Of a stretch of DNA of 64,000 nt, positions 1 to 12,974 are shown piece by piece. How positions within the stretch are numbered: the stretch's first letter is position 1; the number at the start of each line of letters is the position of its first letter. The position numbers and the translations under genes are program-made. Source of the DNA: Cetorhinus maximus (lineage: Eukaryota); NCBI RefSeq assembly GCF_964194155.1, contig NC_135902.1:51956001-52020000 (forward strand). Reading direction: 5' to 3'. Below the pieces are notes generated by a model. It searched no databases and was not told where the DNA came from. It worked only from the letters and a program-made list of their open reading frames with translations.

Positions 1-116
1 TTAATTGGGTTGTGTAATTAGAGGTCAACATCTGATACTTATAAAAAAAGGAACTAATGCTACAGTAAATGCTGCTGCAAATTAAGTTCCTTTAAGCTGA
101 ATTAAATATTACTTAC

Positions 117-246
117 CTGATTGGGGTTACTAATTTTGTTTGCCTTTATTGGATCACAGGTCTCATAAACAGCATACATAACCAAACCACACAGGCAGGC
201 TGTTGTGAACACAATGATCATACCAAGCAAGTTCAGAAACACAGCT
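117..246 (-). CDS. SLC5A8-like exon (AVFLNLLGMIIVFTTACLCGLVMYAVYETCDPIKANKISNPNQ)
   Basis: Acceptor atttcgcAG, donor GTAAGT, 130 bp; GL..Y..Y..CDP....DQ pattern; phase compatible with the 141-bp exon. Confidence 0.93.
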
Positions 247-1359
247 CTGCGAAATCAGAAACAGTTGTTGGTAATAGTGAAGCAGGTTTACTCATTTTGC
301 ATGATACTTACAAAGTGACCTCTTCTTTTATACCCTTATGAGATGCTTCAGTATTAAAATCTGAACAAAATATGCCCAATACAATATAATCTTGAAGTGT
401 GTTAAATTCATGTAGACACCTGAAATTGAAAATATTTCTAATATGGAAATATGGAAAAACTCATTCTGGTAATTCAGGAGAAAAGAAAGCCAAGTTAAAT
501 TAGCCAAGAAAACCAAAGCTGAACATTATTTAAGAAATAATTTATTCATTTAAAATTATAATTTAATCCTATGAATTGTGGCCCTGAAATTGTTCAGACA
601 TTACAGAGTCTCCAAGCTGGACCTGTAGGAGAGTCCCCACCTGTCCTTACAAGGTCATCAATGCAAATAGGGGAGAGAACTCTCTCACATGGGAACAACA
701 TAGCTATGTCTAGACTCAACAGGTGTACCTGGAAGTAGAACCCACTTAGGAGTCTAAGCTAGAGTTGGGGCAGGGTCCTGGAACCTCCCATTTCCCATAT
801 GCCCCAAGATTGGCAGGGAGGCATTTATTTTCTGGGGTAGCCAAATTGCTTTCCCACTGCCCTTCCCCCCACCCGAGCCCCTCCCACCATACCTAGCCAG
901 TTTACTGTATACTTCAGATATGCCCAAGAGCCCACTCATGGACACTTCTCTCCAACCCTGTGAGCAATGACGGGTAAACTGTGGAGATCTACAGAGACCA
1001 CAATCCTAGTGTGACTGCTGGGATCTCAACACTGTAGATTCAAGGCAGTTGCTTAGTTGAAGCAAAAATCAATTGATTCAACATTGTGCTTGGTTCCACG
1101 GGAGAGTGAAAATATCCTCTGAAGATATGGACCATAGCAGCGTGCGTGAATTATCAAAATCAGGTTTCACATCTTTTTCAGGAAAAAAAAGTATAAAGAC
1201 AATGTGGAAAATACACACATCAATTGTTTGCCTTCTGTAGGTAATGTTTTACATTAAAAAGTTCAACTTTTTGACATTATCGAATAGTTTGCTTCTACTT
1301 CTTTCAATTTAGTCTACTGTATTTGCTGCTCATTATGCAATGTGGTCTCCCCTTTACTT

Positions 1360-1435
1360 AGGAGACAAAATGCAGACTGGGTGACTGTTTTGCGGAACAT
1401 CTTTGTTCAGTCTGCAAGTATGACCCCGACCTCTC
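1360..1435 (+). mobile_element. Penelope-like GIY-YIG endonuclease fragment
   Basis: Translates GETKCRLGDCFAEHLCSVCKYDPDL, the typical GET.RRL.DRF.EH segment of PLE GIY-YIG domains. Confidence 0.65.
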
Positions 1436-1451
1436 GGAATGATTATTAAGA

Positions 1452-1649
1452 TGTTGGCACGTTCAAACAACAACTGGTTTATTTTATAAAACCGAACTAT
1501 GTACAGCTATCCATAACTAGACGTTACACTGCTGAAGCCATGAACATTTTCCCTCTCCTCTCCTAGTCATGCATTTTCTTACCTCATCATTATGGGAGAT
1601 GCTATTTTCACAGTCCCACATATTAACCCTTGCAGACCCGAATACTACA
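1452..1649 (-). mobile_element. Short LTR fragment, same family as 19274-19548
   Basis: cagtcccacatattaaccctt and tagtcatgcattttcttacctcatc match the reverse complement of parts of 19298-19361. Confidence 0.5.
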
Positions 1650-1725
1650 GATTTGTCTTTATCTTTACCCTTATCCTCCAAACTCTCTTGTCATGTGTCA
1701 TTTAAAAAATGCTATGTCTTCACTT

Positions 1726-3015
1726 TGTTATGAATATCTAATTCATGGTTCGTGTGTTTTAGAATATAACTTTTAGTTTTAGGAATTAAAATGTAGAAAA
1801 TGGGATAAATGCAATTGAAGCAAACTTAGAGTCTATTACACTTAAAAGGTTGAGGCCATGCTGACTCAAAAGGTGAACAGCTAGAAAGGTAAGAACATAA
1901 ACAGAAGGTGGGGTTACTTAGCTAAAGAGCCGGAGACATGGTGTCTGCAATGCTTGCAAGAACAAGGGCAGTCCAGAGTGATGTTTTTGTTTTGGGAGGT
2001 AGAGCTAAATTACTTTAAAAACATTCAGTAAACCCTGAAATGTTGTAAGCCCATTTACTTTATCAGGTCAAAGAAGTAATTGTAAATGAGGGATAATTAA
2101 TCTAAAGGTTAGTTTGAGGACAGCCTAGAGCAGGCTACATCATCATATGGGTGGAGCTTAGGGAAGTTATCTGGTTTCAATTTATCTGGGTGCTTGCTGA
2201 GACATTTAGTTGCAGTTTGGATCTCGTGCAGTTTGCAGCCCACTAAGAGATAGCTGAAGTAAATGGTAGTTAGCTGGGCCTGCGCTGTAGGCAGAATAAA
2301 AACTAACTTTAGTATTGATGGTGTGGAATGCAAGTGAGGATTAATCTCAGTTTGAATCTTTGTGATGGAACTGAAACTGGAAGATTGTCTAGTTTGAAAC
2401 TAGTGGGAGAATCTACAGTGGTCCCTACAGAGTCTTGTGAATAAAGAAATCAGCAAACAAATTGGTTTGGAAGTATTGAAAAGTAACCAGAACAAGGGAC
2501 TGAGGCATCCAGAGTCAAGAGAGGATAAATGAAAATTTTACCTCTGAGAATAGCTGGAGCTAAGAAGAATTCTCCAGAGGACTGTGGCTTACTTATGGGT
2601 GGTCCTTACAGAAGAGAATAACTTTAAGATTTAAGACCTGAAGAAGTCATATGGACTTGAAACGTTAACTTTGTTTCCCTCTCCACAGATGCTTTGCCAG
2701 ACCTGCTGAGTTTTTCCAGCATTTTCTGTTTTTATTTCAGTTTTCCAACATCCGCAGTATTTTGCTTTTATTATAAGTTTGATGTGTCTTATGAGAGAAT
2801 GGAAGGAAGTAAGAAGTAAATCTGAGTGCTTAACATACATAGTTATAAGCTATCATGTTAACTTACTCATATTTACTTTGTTTAATTTGTTCCATATACA
2901 ATAAAGTTTGTGTTTCATTAAAAAGAAAGTGAAATCTTGTGTATTAGTACTATTGGTTAAAATGAGGTATTTAGATTTCTCTTTAAATGTTAATGGTCCT
3001 TAACCAGATCTAACA
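1726..3015 (+). mobile_element. Solo LTR with 4-bp target site duplication
   Basis: TGTTA...TAACA termini; ACTT on both flanks (1722-1725, 3016-3019); AATAAA near 2900. Confidence 0.75.
2635..2772 (+). repeat. Penelope-type terminal repeat, family A, with hammerhead-like core, inserted in the solo LTR
   Basis: CTGAAGA-agtc-atatg-gact-t-GAAA-cgttaact followed by the conserved ctctccacagatgct...tttgcttttatt tail. Confidence 0.7.
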
Positions 3016-3559
3016 ACTTTAGGCAGTTCACTATGAAAATTTGAGTCACACCTGAAGCACCTATTAACTGTTCCTTGCGCATTCCTGGGATTCATTCACC
3101 CATTATTGTTGTTCCAACTTAGTCTTCTAGTGCAAAGCCAGATCTGCTAAAGGTGTGTTCATCTTCATTCTGCCTGTTTCTAATCTTTCTATTCTATTGA
3201 TACCTGTGTCCTGTATCTGGATTATTTTCAAATATCATTGAGTCCTCTTTTCTTTGAGTTAGAATGGAATGGCTCAAATAACAGTTTCCCCAGGAATTTT
3301 TTCAAGGCTGCAGTCATTTGATCCAGAGTTTTCTTCTCTGAGAACCAAACAGCAGTTAGAACCAGGAGTCTGTCCATATGAGACACTTAACATAATCCAG
3401 TAATTTAAAGCTAGTACTGATCTAGGAATCCCTGAATTGAAATTCAACTTTTTTATGCGATCTTCTTCTATACATTCTTCTATAGAATGGCCACCTGTTT
3501 TCCGAAATCTATCAAATTCTGACCATTCTTCATGGTCATTTAATAGATCTAACTCTATT

Positions 3560-5790
3560 CCTAAGGTTTAAAATATTACAGCAATTTGTGATAAGATTAA
3601 TAAATATATGAAAGAAAATAAATAATCGAATATAATAATTAAGTAATTAATTAAAGCACATAAATATGGAGGACATGCAGCATCTGGGAGCTCCTGGATA
3701 CCAGTGTTACCCAGGGCAAGCATGTCTGCAATAAGTGTCTGTGGCTTGAAGTGCTTTGGCTCAGAATCATTGAGCTGGAGGCTGAGCTGTGGACACTGTG
3801 ACACATCAGGGAGAGTGAGAATTACCTGGATGCTTTGTACCAGGAGGCAGTCACACACCTTAGAATAGGGTCTTCTGATTAGGAAGGTGGTCAGGGACAG
3901 GAGGGTGCGACTGCAGCTGAGACAGGTAAGGAGACCCAGTGGGCAGGAGCACAGGAGTGTCAGCCTATGCAATTGTCCAACAAGTCTGAGGTTCTTTAGC
4001 TTGTTTGGATGAGAGTGGGGGCTGAAGGGGTGATGAGCTGATTGACCATGGCACTGTGGTATAGGAAGCCATTCAAATGGGCGGAGCACAGAGGAAGGTA
4101 GTGATAGTAGGGGACAGTACAGTAAGGAGGATTGACACTGTTCTCTGTAGCAAGGAGCGAGGGCCAGACAGCTATGTTGTCTGCCCGGTGCCAGGGTTCA
4201 GGATATTTGCTCAGGACTGGAGAGGAACTTGCAGTGGGAGGGGGAGGATCCAGTGGTCGTGGTCCATGTAAGTACCAACGACAAAGGCAGGACAAGGAAG
4301 GAGGTTCTGCATAGTCAGTACGAGGAGCTGGACAGCAAATTAGGAAACAGAACCTCAAAGGTAATAATTTCTGGATTATTACCAGAGCCACATGCAAATT
4401 TGCATAGGAGAAATAAGATTAGAGAAATGAATGCATGACTCAAACACTGGTGTGGCAGAGATGGGTTCTGGTTCATGGGCCACTGGCACCACTGTTGGGG
4501 AAAGTGGGATCTGTACCATTGGGATGGTCTACACAGGAACCATGCTGGAGCCTGTGTCCTCATGAGCCGCAAAACTAGGGAGGTGGAGGGGTTTTAAACT
4601 GAATAATGGGGGCAAGGGATCAAATTTGGGAAGCTGTGGTAAACCAAAGAGTAGAGACAAGGCAAGAGGGAAAGATACTAATATGGGAAATGATAAATGG
4701 ACCGTGACAGGAAGGGACAAAGAGTACAAATCTAAGAGTAAATCAGCAGATAAAGCTAGGTGTGACAAAAATAATAAAAGGACAAAACTAAAGGCTCTGT
4801 AATTAAACGCACATAGCATTTGAAACAAAACAGATGAACTGAGAGAACAAATAGAAATAAATAAGTACGATCTGATAGCCATTGCAGAGACATGGCTACA
4901 GGATGACACAGATTGGGGCCTGAATATTGAAGGGTACGTGACATTTAGGAAGGACAGGAAGTTAGGAAAAGGTGGAGAGGTGGCTCTGTTAATTAATGAT
5001 GGTATTAGCACTTTAGAGAGGGATGACCTAAGTTCAGGAAACCAGGATGTAGGATTGGTTTGAGATAAGAAACGAAAAAGGCAAGAAGTCACTTGTGGGA
5101 GTGGTGTACAGGCCCCTGACAATAACCATATGGTAGGACGGGGTATCAAAGAAGAAATAATGGGAATTTGTCAGAAAGGTATGGCAATAATCATGGGGGA
5201 TTTTTCATCTGCATAAAAACAGGAGAAATCAGACGGGCAAAGATAGCATAGATGAGTTCATACAATGTTTTCGGGATAGTTTCTTAGAACAGCATGTTCT
5301 GGAGCCAACCAGAGAGCAGGCTATATACCTAGTATTGGGCAACGAGATAGGATTAATTGATAATCTCATTGTGAAGGCACCCCTAGGTAGCACCGTTCAT
5401 AATATGATTGAATTTTACATTCAGTTTGAGGGAGAGACAAGTGACTAGTATTCTAAACTTTAATAAGGACAATTATGAGGGCATGAAACCAGGACTAGCT
5501 AAAGTGAACTGGCAATTTAGATTAAGCAATAGGTCAATAGAGATGCAGTGGCAGGCATTTAAGGGGATATTTCAGAATTCACAGAATAGATACATTCCAA
5601 CAAGAAAGAAAAATTTCAAGGGAGGATCCAACATCCATGGTTAACTAAAAAAGTTAAAGATAGTGTCAAAAAGCATAATTACACAAAGGTGGGTGGCAGG
5701 TTGGAAGATTCGACAATAGGAAAAACAGCAAAGAATGACTAAAAGATTAAGAAGGGAAAATTCAAGTACGAGAGAAAGCTAGCTAGAAAC
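3560..5790 (+). mobile_element. CR1 LINE 5' half (ORF1 zinc finger + SGNH esterase; ORF2 APE endonuclease), disrupted
   Basis: VVIVGDSTVR, CLPGARV, VVVHVSTND, SKVIISGLLP (esterase); YDLIAIAETWL, IIMGDF (APE); many stops and frameshifts. Confidence 0.9.
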
Positions 5791-5793
5791 ATG

Positions 5794-6453
5794 AGCCAGG
5801 ATTTCCCGGTCGATGAGCGGGGGGGGACGGGGCCCACTCGCCGACGCGTAAAATGATGCGGGATGATGGCGGGTGGAACTCTCAATGTCACCCCACCCCA
5901 TTTAAATTTGCAGGTAGTTGGGGGCTCAGCAGAATCAGCTGTGCACCCGCCAACCTGTCAATGGGCAATTGAGGCCATTGACAGAGTCACTAAAGTAATT
6001 AATGGGCCTGCCCGTCCAACCTTAAGGCCAGGAGCCCTGGCGGGCATTAGAAAAACCATGAAACCTCATCCATGGGCGGGATAAGGTTTCATGTGAGTTT
6101 TAAAAAATGTAATTAAAGTGTATTTAAAAGTGATGGACATGTCCCAACTCATGTGACAGTGTCACATGAGGGGACGTCAGAGAAATTTTTCTTCCTCTAT
6201 TTTTCAGATGTTTTACTGTAGAGTCGATCTCCCTGAGGCAGCACTTAGCCTCAGGGAGGTGAGTGCGCTCTTTCGTGCACATGCGCGAAAGAGCGCACTC
6301 TTGACTCAGAGAATTCCTCCCCCCCCGCCCGCACAGGGAGTGCTCAGCTCGCAAAATGGCGGCGTGCCCCCCAATCGGGGGCACCGATTGGAAGCGCATC
6401 TCTGTGCGCCCGCTCTTCAACTTCCCCCCCACGATGAGGGGAAAATTCTGCCC
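5794..6453. mobile_element. Harbinger-derived MITE
   Basis: Ends agccaggatttccc / gggaaaattctgccc; left part resembles the reverse complement of the Harbinger subterminal region 11350-11528. Confidence 0.7.
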
Positions 6454-6454
6454 A

Positions 6455-6630
6455 AACTCTCCAAACCTTTATTCAAAAAGAGAGAGAAACAGAAAGCAAG
6501 AAACTATAGGCTTAACATCTGTCATAGGGAAAATGTTAGATGCTATTATTAAAGACGTTATAACAGGGCACTTAGAAAAAAATCAAGGCAATCAGACAAG
6601 GTCAACATGGATTTATGAATGGAAAATCAT
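6455..6630 (+). mobile_element. CR1 ORF2 fragment (RT N-terminus)
   Basis: PLFKK...NYR, LTSVIGKMLDAIIKDVITGHLEK. Confidence 0.8.
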
Positions 6631-7115
6631 GGGCAGAATTTTTACCTCGGCGGGCAGGCGCGTGCCCGACCCGCTCGAGCATGAAATGACGTGCATTGAC
6701 GTCAGGCGAGCGTTCCAACGTAAATGTGCAGTCGCGTGATAGTTTGGTCGGCGGGCGCAAGCGGGAATTGGCAGCGCGCCCGCCAACAATTAAAAAGCCT
6801 GTTAAAGCCATTAAAGTAACAGTTAAAGTTAAATTTTTCGCTGCCCGTCCAACCTTACGGTTGCCAGGCAGGCGAAAAGGCCAAGTGGCCCTTGAATTTT
6901 TGGAACCTCATCCATGGACGGGATGAGGTTTTCAACATCAAATAAAAATAAAATAAATTATTTTAAATTTCGCTTATAACAGGTCCCTTTTCATGGGTAG
7001 AATTTTCCCCCCGTTGGGTGGGGTATGCGGGGGCGGACGCAGGCGGGTGTGGACCAGATCGGCGCCCCCGATCGGGTCTGTGCTGCCATTTTACATGGGC
7101 AGGCCTTAATTGGCT
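6631..7115. mobile_element. Harbinger-derived MITE fragments (two TIR starts, at 6631 and about 6995)
   Basis: GGGCAGAATTTT and GGGTAGAATTTT TIR motifs; internal similarity to the ends of the 7946-11528 element. Confidence 0.7.
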
Positions 7116-7199
7116 GCAGGGGCATTTAACAAGTGTTGATTTAGTTTGTAGAGAAAAAGGCACATATGATACTTGAGTTGAATCATGATAAGGCAATTA

Positions 7200-7655
7200 T
7201 TTTTGGAGAAGCAGTTAATCTGCAGTAGGACATTTGGCCCTGAAAGCCTACTCCGCCATTCAATAAGATCACAGCCGATCTTCCACCTCAACTCCAACTT
7301 CCCACACAATCTTCATATTCCTTAATTACTTAGTACCCCAAAATCTATCAACCTCTGTCTTGAATATACTCAACAACCAAGCATCCACAGGTCCCTGCCT
7401 GGGGTAAAGAATTACAAAGATTCACAACATTTTGAGTGAAGAAGTTTCTCCTCATCTCAGTTGTAAATGGTTGTCCCCTTATTTTGTGATTGTGGTACTG
7501 TGTTCTAGATTCCCCAGCCTGGGGAAATATTTCTTCAGTATCTACCCTGCCAAGCCCCTTAAGAATTTATATGTTTCAATTAGATCCCCTCTCATCCTTC
7601 TATACTCCAGAGAGTATAGGCCTAGTCTAATCAATCTCTCCTCAGAGGACAATCC
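7200..7655 (-). mobile_element. CR1 3' end fragment
   Basis: Reverse complement encodes EMRRNFFTQNVVNLCNSL and carries the CR1 3' UTR. Confidence 0.8.
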
Positions 7656-8205
7656 CAAGAACCAATCGAGAAATCACTTCACTTCATGAGGAATATGGAA
7701 GGAAAATAAAAGCACTTGAAATGAAACTGGAAAAAGTTAAAACAAAGGGAACTGAAATGCAGGATAAATTAAAGATGAAACTTTCTGAACAGGAGATTAA
7801 ATTAAAAGCAGAATTGAAAAAGCAGCAGAAGGAACTTGTTCAAAAGGAACAAATGTTCAATAAAAAGCTGGTGGAAATGTCACATGCAGGCTCTATGAGA
7901 ATTAATGAAACAGTGAGTCAGCTGGAATCTAATCACAATCAACAAAGGGAGAATTTTCCCCATATTGGGCAGGGAGTGCGGGCACTGGCGGGCACGGTCC
8001 CGATTTTGTGCGGGCGGGCCAATTAAGGCCCGCCCAGCGTGTTTGGTGACTCCCGGGGGCTGCGGGAGTGGGCGGGCGCAGGCAGAACGGCAATCGCTGC
8101 CAGGTCCAATGGTGACCCGGCGGCCTGTTTAAAGGCCAAGCTGCAGCCGCACCAAGACTGATGTACATAGCCAGAGGTTGGGGGCAAGGCAAATCATTAA
8201 GCGAC

Positions 8206-9490
8206 ATGCAGGAGGGTAGGACTGGTGGCCAATGTGCGCCCAGGTTCTCTGAAATGTGCCTTGCTGCCCTCCTCGAGGAGGTGGCAGCACGGCGGGATGT
8301 GCTTGTCCCCGAGGACGGGAAGAGGAGGCCACCTTACTTGACAAAGCATGCATGGGAGGAGGTTGCGGAGATTGTGAGCTCCCACGACGTGGTGTAGCGT
8401 TCATGGACCCAGTGTCGCAAGCGCTTCAATGACCTGCTGCGCATGGGAAGGGTGAGTAGCATGTTGGCATCATTGGCTGCACCCATCATGTAACCTTCTC
8501 CCCTGCTGGCTGTCGACCCATGTCTGAGTGACCTGAATGCAATGCGTTAGTGACGGCAAGTGTCCTTAGCTGGGCGGCCCACCAGAGATTGCCTATGCGT
8601 TCAGCATGAGAGGGTTGAAATGAGATGGGTTCTGCACCCGCAGCATGTGGGGCATGAATTTGCACCATTGGAAGCGTCACACCATCTCTGCCAGGCAGGC
8701 ACCAGCGCAGATGCTCACACCTCGGTGGGCATCATATCTTCTGCTAGTGTCCCGGGTCACAGCGGTGAGAGCACTTCACAGTTGCTGGAGCAGCTGGCGA
8801 AGACAGAGAGTGCCGATGGCGCCTGAATGGAGGACTGAAGGGGCCCAGACACATGTTCAGTCTGTGGCAGATGATGAGCCTCTGGAGTGCTCACATGTAG
8901 CCAGGTGCTCGGGAACATCTGGTGGAGGTACACGAAGCTCTGCTTGGCTTGGTGTCAGCGGTCGGGGAGTCCACGTGGGCCGTGGCCGATGCATTGAGCA
9001 TCATGGCTGAGCGCCAGGCTTCCTCCATGGAGAGGTTGGCAGCTCTCATGCAGAGGCAGCTCCAGGGACAGGATTGGGGGTTCCTGGGGTTGCGCTCGGA
9101 CCTGCGCGCCCTCACAGGGGCAACGACCTCGTCTGGTCGGTGCCCGTGTGGGCGGTGGTTTAGCCACCAGGTATCCCACCTTGGTGCCCATCCATCTACA
9201 GTGAGCAGAGAGGGCCAAATGGACCTCATGTCGGTGGAGCAGCTGCCTGGCACCTCTCAGGGTGCTACGAATGAGGGCAGCAGCTCCTCCGTCCCTCTGA
9301 GATGACTGGGGAGATGCCAGCTGCGGAGCTGGCATCTCCCTCCCAGGCGGGTCCATCACAGGCTCAATGGGCCAGAGGACGTCTGCCAAGGTCATTGGGG
9401 CCAACAGGGCATCAGAGAGAGCAACTGTCTCAGATGCCATTGCCAGCGACGGGGCACCACAAAAACGTAGCACCCGCAAACGAAAAATGA
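8206..9490 (+). pseudogene. Harbinger Myb/SANT-like DNA-binding protein, disrupted and spliced
   Basis: APRFSEMCLAALLEEVAARRDVL...AWEEVAEIVSS...*RSWTQCRKRFNDL; GTGAGT donor near 8452; in-frame stop and frameshifts. Confidence 0.85.
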
Positions 9491-9749
9491 AGGCACCTTA
9501 GGCACACCCCCGGTTCATCACTGGTGGTTTTCTGTTGCACCCCCCCCCAAGAGTTGATTAGAGCTTTGTGTGAAGTCCAACACATTTTTATTTCTGTAGT
9601 TTGACGAGACTTTGGTCACAAAATTAAATTAATGTTGTCTCAAATGGCTGTGGGTTCCTCTTTATTTGGAATGGTGCATGCATTCCTGAGATTGGATGAG
9701 TGATTTGTGTGTCTTTCAGATTTATTGACTGCGCCCATCGCCAATCCTC

Positions 9750-11055
9750 CTATCCAGACAGATGAGGTCTCCAGGACGGAGGATACATGCCAGGCCTGTG
9801 TTGCACATCCATATGTGCTGTGCTAGCTAACCCTTGGATTAGAGCGTCCCGGGTATCCCTGCCTCCCTGGAGCATGCCCGGGTCAGCCTGTGCCCCCTCA
9901 TTATTTCCCTGTGTGTGCTCAGCCTCGGACTCGCTGCTGGACTCATCGTACTCAGCCCCAGCCACTCCGACTACATCGTCTTCATCCACAGCGTCCCCCA
10001 CTTTGCAGAGCTAGATTGTGCAGAGTGCAGCATGCAACCGCTATAAGCGACACTCGATCTGGGGGGTACTGGAGTGCGACCCCGGAATGGTCCAGGCATC
10101 TGAAGCGCATTTTGAGAAGACCGATGGTTCTCTCCACCACAACCCTTGTGGAGGCGTAACTTCTATTATACTGCTGCTCAGCTTCTGTTCTTGGATGGCG
10201 GAGAGACGTCATGAGCCACTTTCTGAGGGGATAGCACTTGTCTCCCAGCAGCCATCCATCCAGCCTGGTTGGGGCACTGAAAAGCCCTGGCACCTGGGAG
10301 TGTCTGAGGATGTAGGTGTCGTGGGAGCTGCCTGGGTACCTTGCGCATACTTGCAGGATCTGCATCCTGTGAACACACACTATCTGCACGTTCATGGAGT
10401 GGAAGCCCTTCCTGTTGACGAAGGCACCGGGCTCACCTGCTGGCGCCTTGATGGCCACATGTGTACAGTCTATAGCACCTTGGACACGGGGGAAGCCAGC
10501 AATGGCTGCGAAGCCTCTGGCTCACTCTGTCTGGCTGGCCTCGTCCTAGCGGTAGTGGATGAAGGTCAGTGCACGCCTGAACAGAGCGTTTGTCACCTGC
10601 TTGACACAAGTGTGGACATCCGATTGGGAGACACCAGAGAGATCACCCACTGAGCCCTGGAAAGAGCCAGAGGCATAGAAGTTGAGGGCAACTGTGACCT
10701 TTAGAGAGACAGGCATGGGGTGTCCGCCCACACAGTTAGCTGATATCTCTGGACCAATCATCTGACAGACAGTGTTGACTGTCTCCCTTGACAGACGGAG
10801 CCTCCTTTGGCACTGCACCTCAGGCATATTGAGGTAGGTGGTTCACGCTCTGTATATCCTGGCAACAGGACAGTGTCGTCTCCTGCGGCCCCTTGCACCT
10901 TGGACTATCCCTTGGCCCTGCACCCCTTGTGACTGCGCCTGTCCTCCCAAAGGTGGCTCCCCTGGGGGCTGAATGTGCACTCCTGGCCTCCTCCCCCTTC
11001 TAGCCCTCCCTTCCTCCTCAGATGAGGTGCCTCCAGTGGAGAGATTACCTCCCAT
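9750..11055 (-). pseudogene. Harbinger DDE transposase (HARBI1-like family), disrupted
   Basis: [61 protein letters not shown]; several stops, some from CGA>TGA. Confidence 0.93.
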
Positions 11056-12357
11056 TCCCAGGCTCAGGGAGGCTTGCTGAAACCTACAAATCCTCACTGA
11101 ACAGTGCTGACCTGAAGGTTATAAGTGCAGTCCAAGCAGTTGCTATGTGTTTGAGACTTCTCCACCTCACACACGCAACTTTCAATAACCTCTGAGCACT
11201 AACTGTTAAATGTCTGGATTCGCAAAAACAATGATCCCTCTTTCCCACCCGTGGATGAGGATCATTAAAGTTTCGGATAGCCGCAAGCCCATTGTGCCCG
11301 TGCGACGAGCACGGACACCTTAAAATCCAGGACTATTGGAGCCATAACTACCTTAATTGGCCTGGTAATGACTGGCGGCTGCACAACGGACACAGTCACG
11401 CGCCCGCCCAGCGAAATATCGCAATGGCGCGTGGTGACGTCGGGACGCGCGCCTGACATCATCGTGCGTCATTTTACGTGTCAGCGTGCAGGTCCCGCCC
11501 CCTGCACGCCAACGGAAAAATTCTGCCCCAAGAATTGAAAGCGCTAAAACAGAACCTCGAAGTCTCCAATAATGAAAAGGAAGAGCCATCCATGAAAATA
11601 ACTGAACTTACAGAGGAGGTTGCTTTACGAACAAGTAAAATACAGCAACTTCAATGGGAATTAGAGGAAGCATCGGTTCAGGTTGATACTTTGATAGAAA
11701 ACGAAACAGCCCTTAAAGCTAAATTGCAGACCTTTGAAGAGACTAACAGTCAAACTTTGCTGGAAAGAACAGAATTAGAAAACAGTCTAAGTGAAAGAAA
11801 CAGACGAGCAGAGCCAGGGTAAGGTTCATGAGCTTAGCAGTTTGTTGAAGGAAACTGAGGAATATGAAAAATAGAAAGAATGCAAGTGAAATCAAGAGCC
11901 AAGTAGAGCAATTAATTAATTATTTTAATGAAGCAAATGCAAAAATAAAGCTACAAACCAATGACTTTAACATAAGGTGTACTGATAAAATGAACATTCT
12001 TCATGAGTGTATTAAAGGCTACCAAAGTCAAACTGAGAAGGTACAAAAGGCAGTTGTGAAAGGGATCAACAGAGTTAGTGGACTAGAAATTAAATTTGAA
12101 GAGGTAGCAAATCAGAATGCCCTATTGAATGATCCAGTAGAGCATATGACACAACAACTGAAAAATGAACAAGAAAACTTTAAGGCATTGCAATCTGAAC
12201 TGCAAAATGTTACTGCAACACAAAACACACTGCAGCAAGAAAGGAAACATCACCGTCGAGTTTGGATGAGGAGGAGACATGCATCGAACAGTATAGGAAA
12301 AAATTGTCGGAAAGTGTAAGTGCGCATGAATCCATCACAGAACAGCTAAAGGGAAAA

Positions 12358-12582
12358 CTACCTATCACTGGCCATCTATCCAGCTCTCTTGTCCCAACCG
12401 CCCCGCTTAAACCAACTTATCTTTCACCCCTTTTCTATTTTTCCTTAGTTCTGTTGAAGAGTCATGCGGACTCGAAATGGTAACTGTGCTCCTCTCCGTA
12501 GATGCTGCCAGACCTGCTGAGTTTTTCCAGGTATTTTTGTTTTTGTTTTCGATTTCCAGCATCCGCAGTTTTTTGCTTCTAT
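12358..12582 (+). repeat. Penelope-type repeat, family A (hammerhead core mutated to CTGTTGA)
   Basis: agtt-CTGTTGA-agagtc-atgcg-gactc-GAAA-tggtaact plus conserved tail; interrupts the GOLGA4 fragment. Confidence 0.7.
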
Positions 12583-12974
12583 CTCAGTTATCTGCAAGCA
12601 TTGAAACTGTTTCTAAAGAGAAAGTTTCAGCCCCTGAGCAAGCGGACCAGTATAAGAACAAGTTAACAGAATGGAAGAAAAAAAATGGAATCAAAATTAG
12701 TGCAGCATAACAACAAAATGAAGGAACGTGAATCAAAATTTGAGACTTCTAGTAAAGAGAATAAAAAGAAGGGTGGCCAATTATCAAAATTGACAGCAGA
12801 GGCAAGGAGCAAAAACACAAAGAAAACTGAGTTAAATCCAGTAGCAATGATGTGGAACAGGGCAAAAGGAAAATTTAAGAAAAAAAAGAGCAAAATCCAA
12901 AAGCAAGGAAAGGGATAGAAGTAGGAGCAAAGGTGAAAGGAACAGAGATATAGAACAAAAAAAAAGTGATGATT

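Larger units (their letters stand above)
7946..11528. mobile_element. Complete PIF/Harbinger DNA transposon with TIRs and 3-bp TSD
   Basis: AGGGAGAATTTT...AAAATTCTGCCC termini; TSD CAA (7943-7945, 11529-11531); convergent Myb/SANT and DDE transposase genes. Confidence 0.93.
7660..12810 (+). pseudogene. GOLGA4: GOLGA4 (golgin-245) coiled-coil fragment, in pieces 7660-7945, 11529-12355, 12585-12810
   Basis: KLEKVKTKGTEMQDKLKMKLSEQEIKLKAEL...FNKKLVEMSHA and LSASIETVSKEKVSAPEQADQYKNKLTEWKKK resemble human GOLGA4 as I recall it (KMEKVKQKAKEMQETLKKKL; LSFKVDTLSKEKISALEQVDDWSNKFSEWKKK). Frameshifts, internal deletions and two insertions. Confidence 0.85.

Noticed and set aside
8955-10653. Long antisense and alternative-frame ORFs (e.g. 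10018-10653, 8955-9479)
   Set aside because: They are shadow frames of GC-rich Harbinger genes.
9750-11055. Domesticated host HARBI1 gene
   Set aside because: It has stop codons, TIRs, a TSD, a partner Myb gene and sister copies in the window, so it is a transposon.
7660-12810. Calling the GOLGA4 piece a processed pseudogene
   Set aside because: As I recall, this region lies in one very large exon of the parent gene, so intron loss cannot be shown from this fragment.
7721-12918. Functional GOLGA4 exon or a novel coiled-coil gene
   Set aside because: Frameshifts, deletions and two transposon insertions; no usable splice context; it lies antisense within an SLC5 intron.
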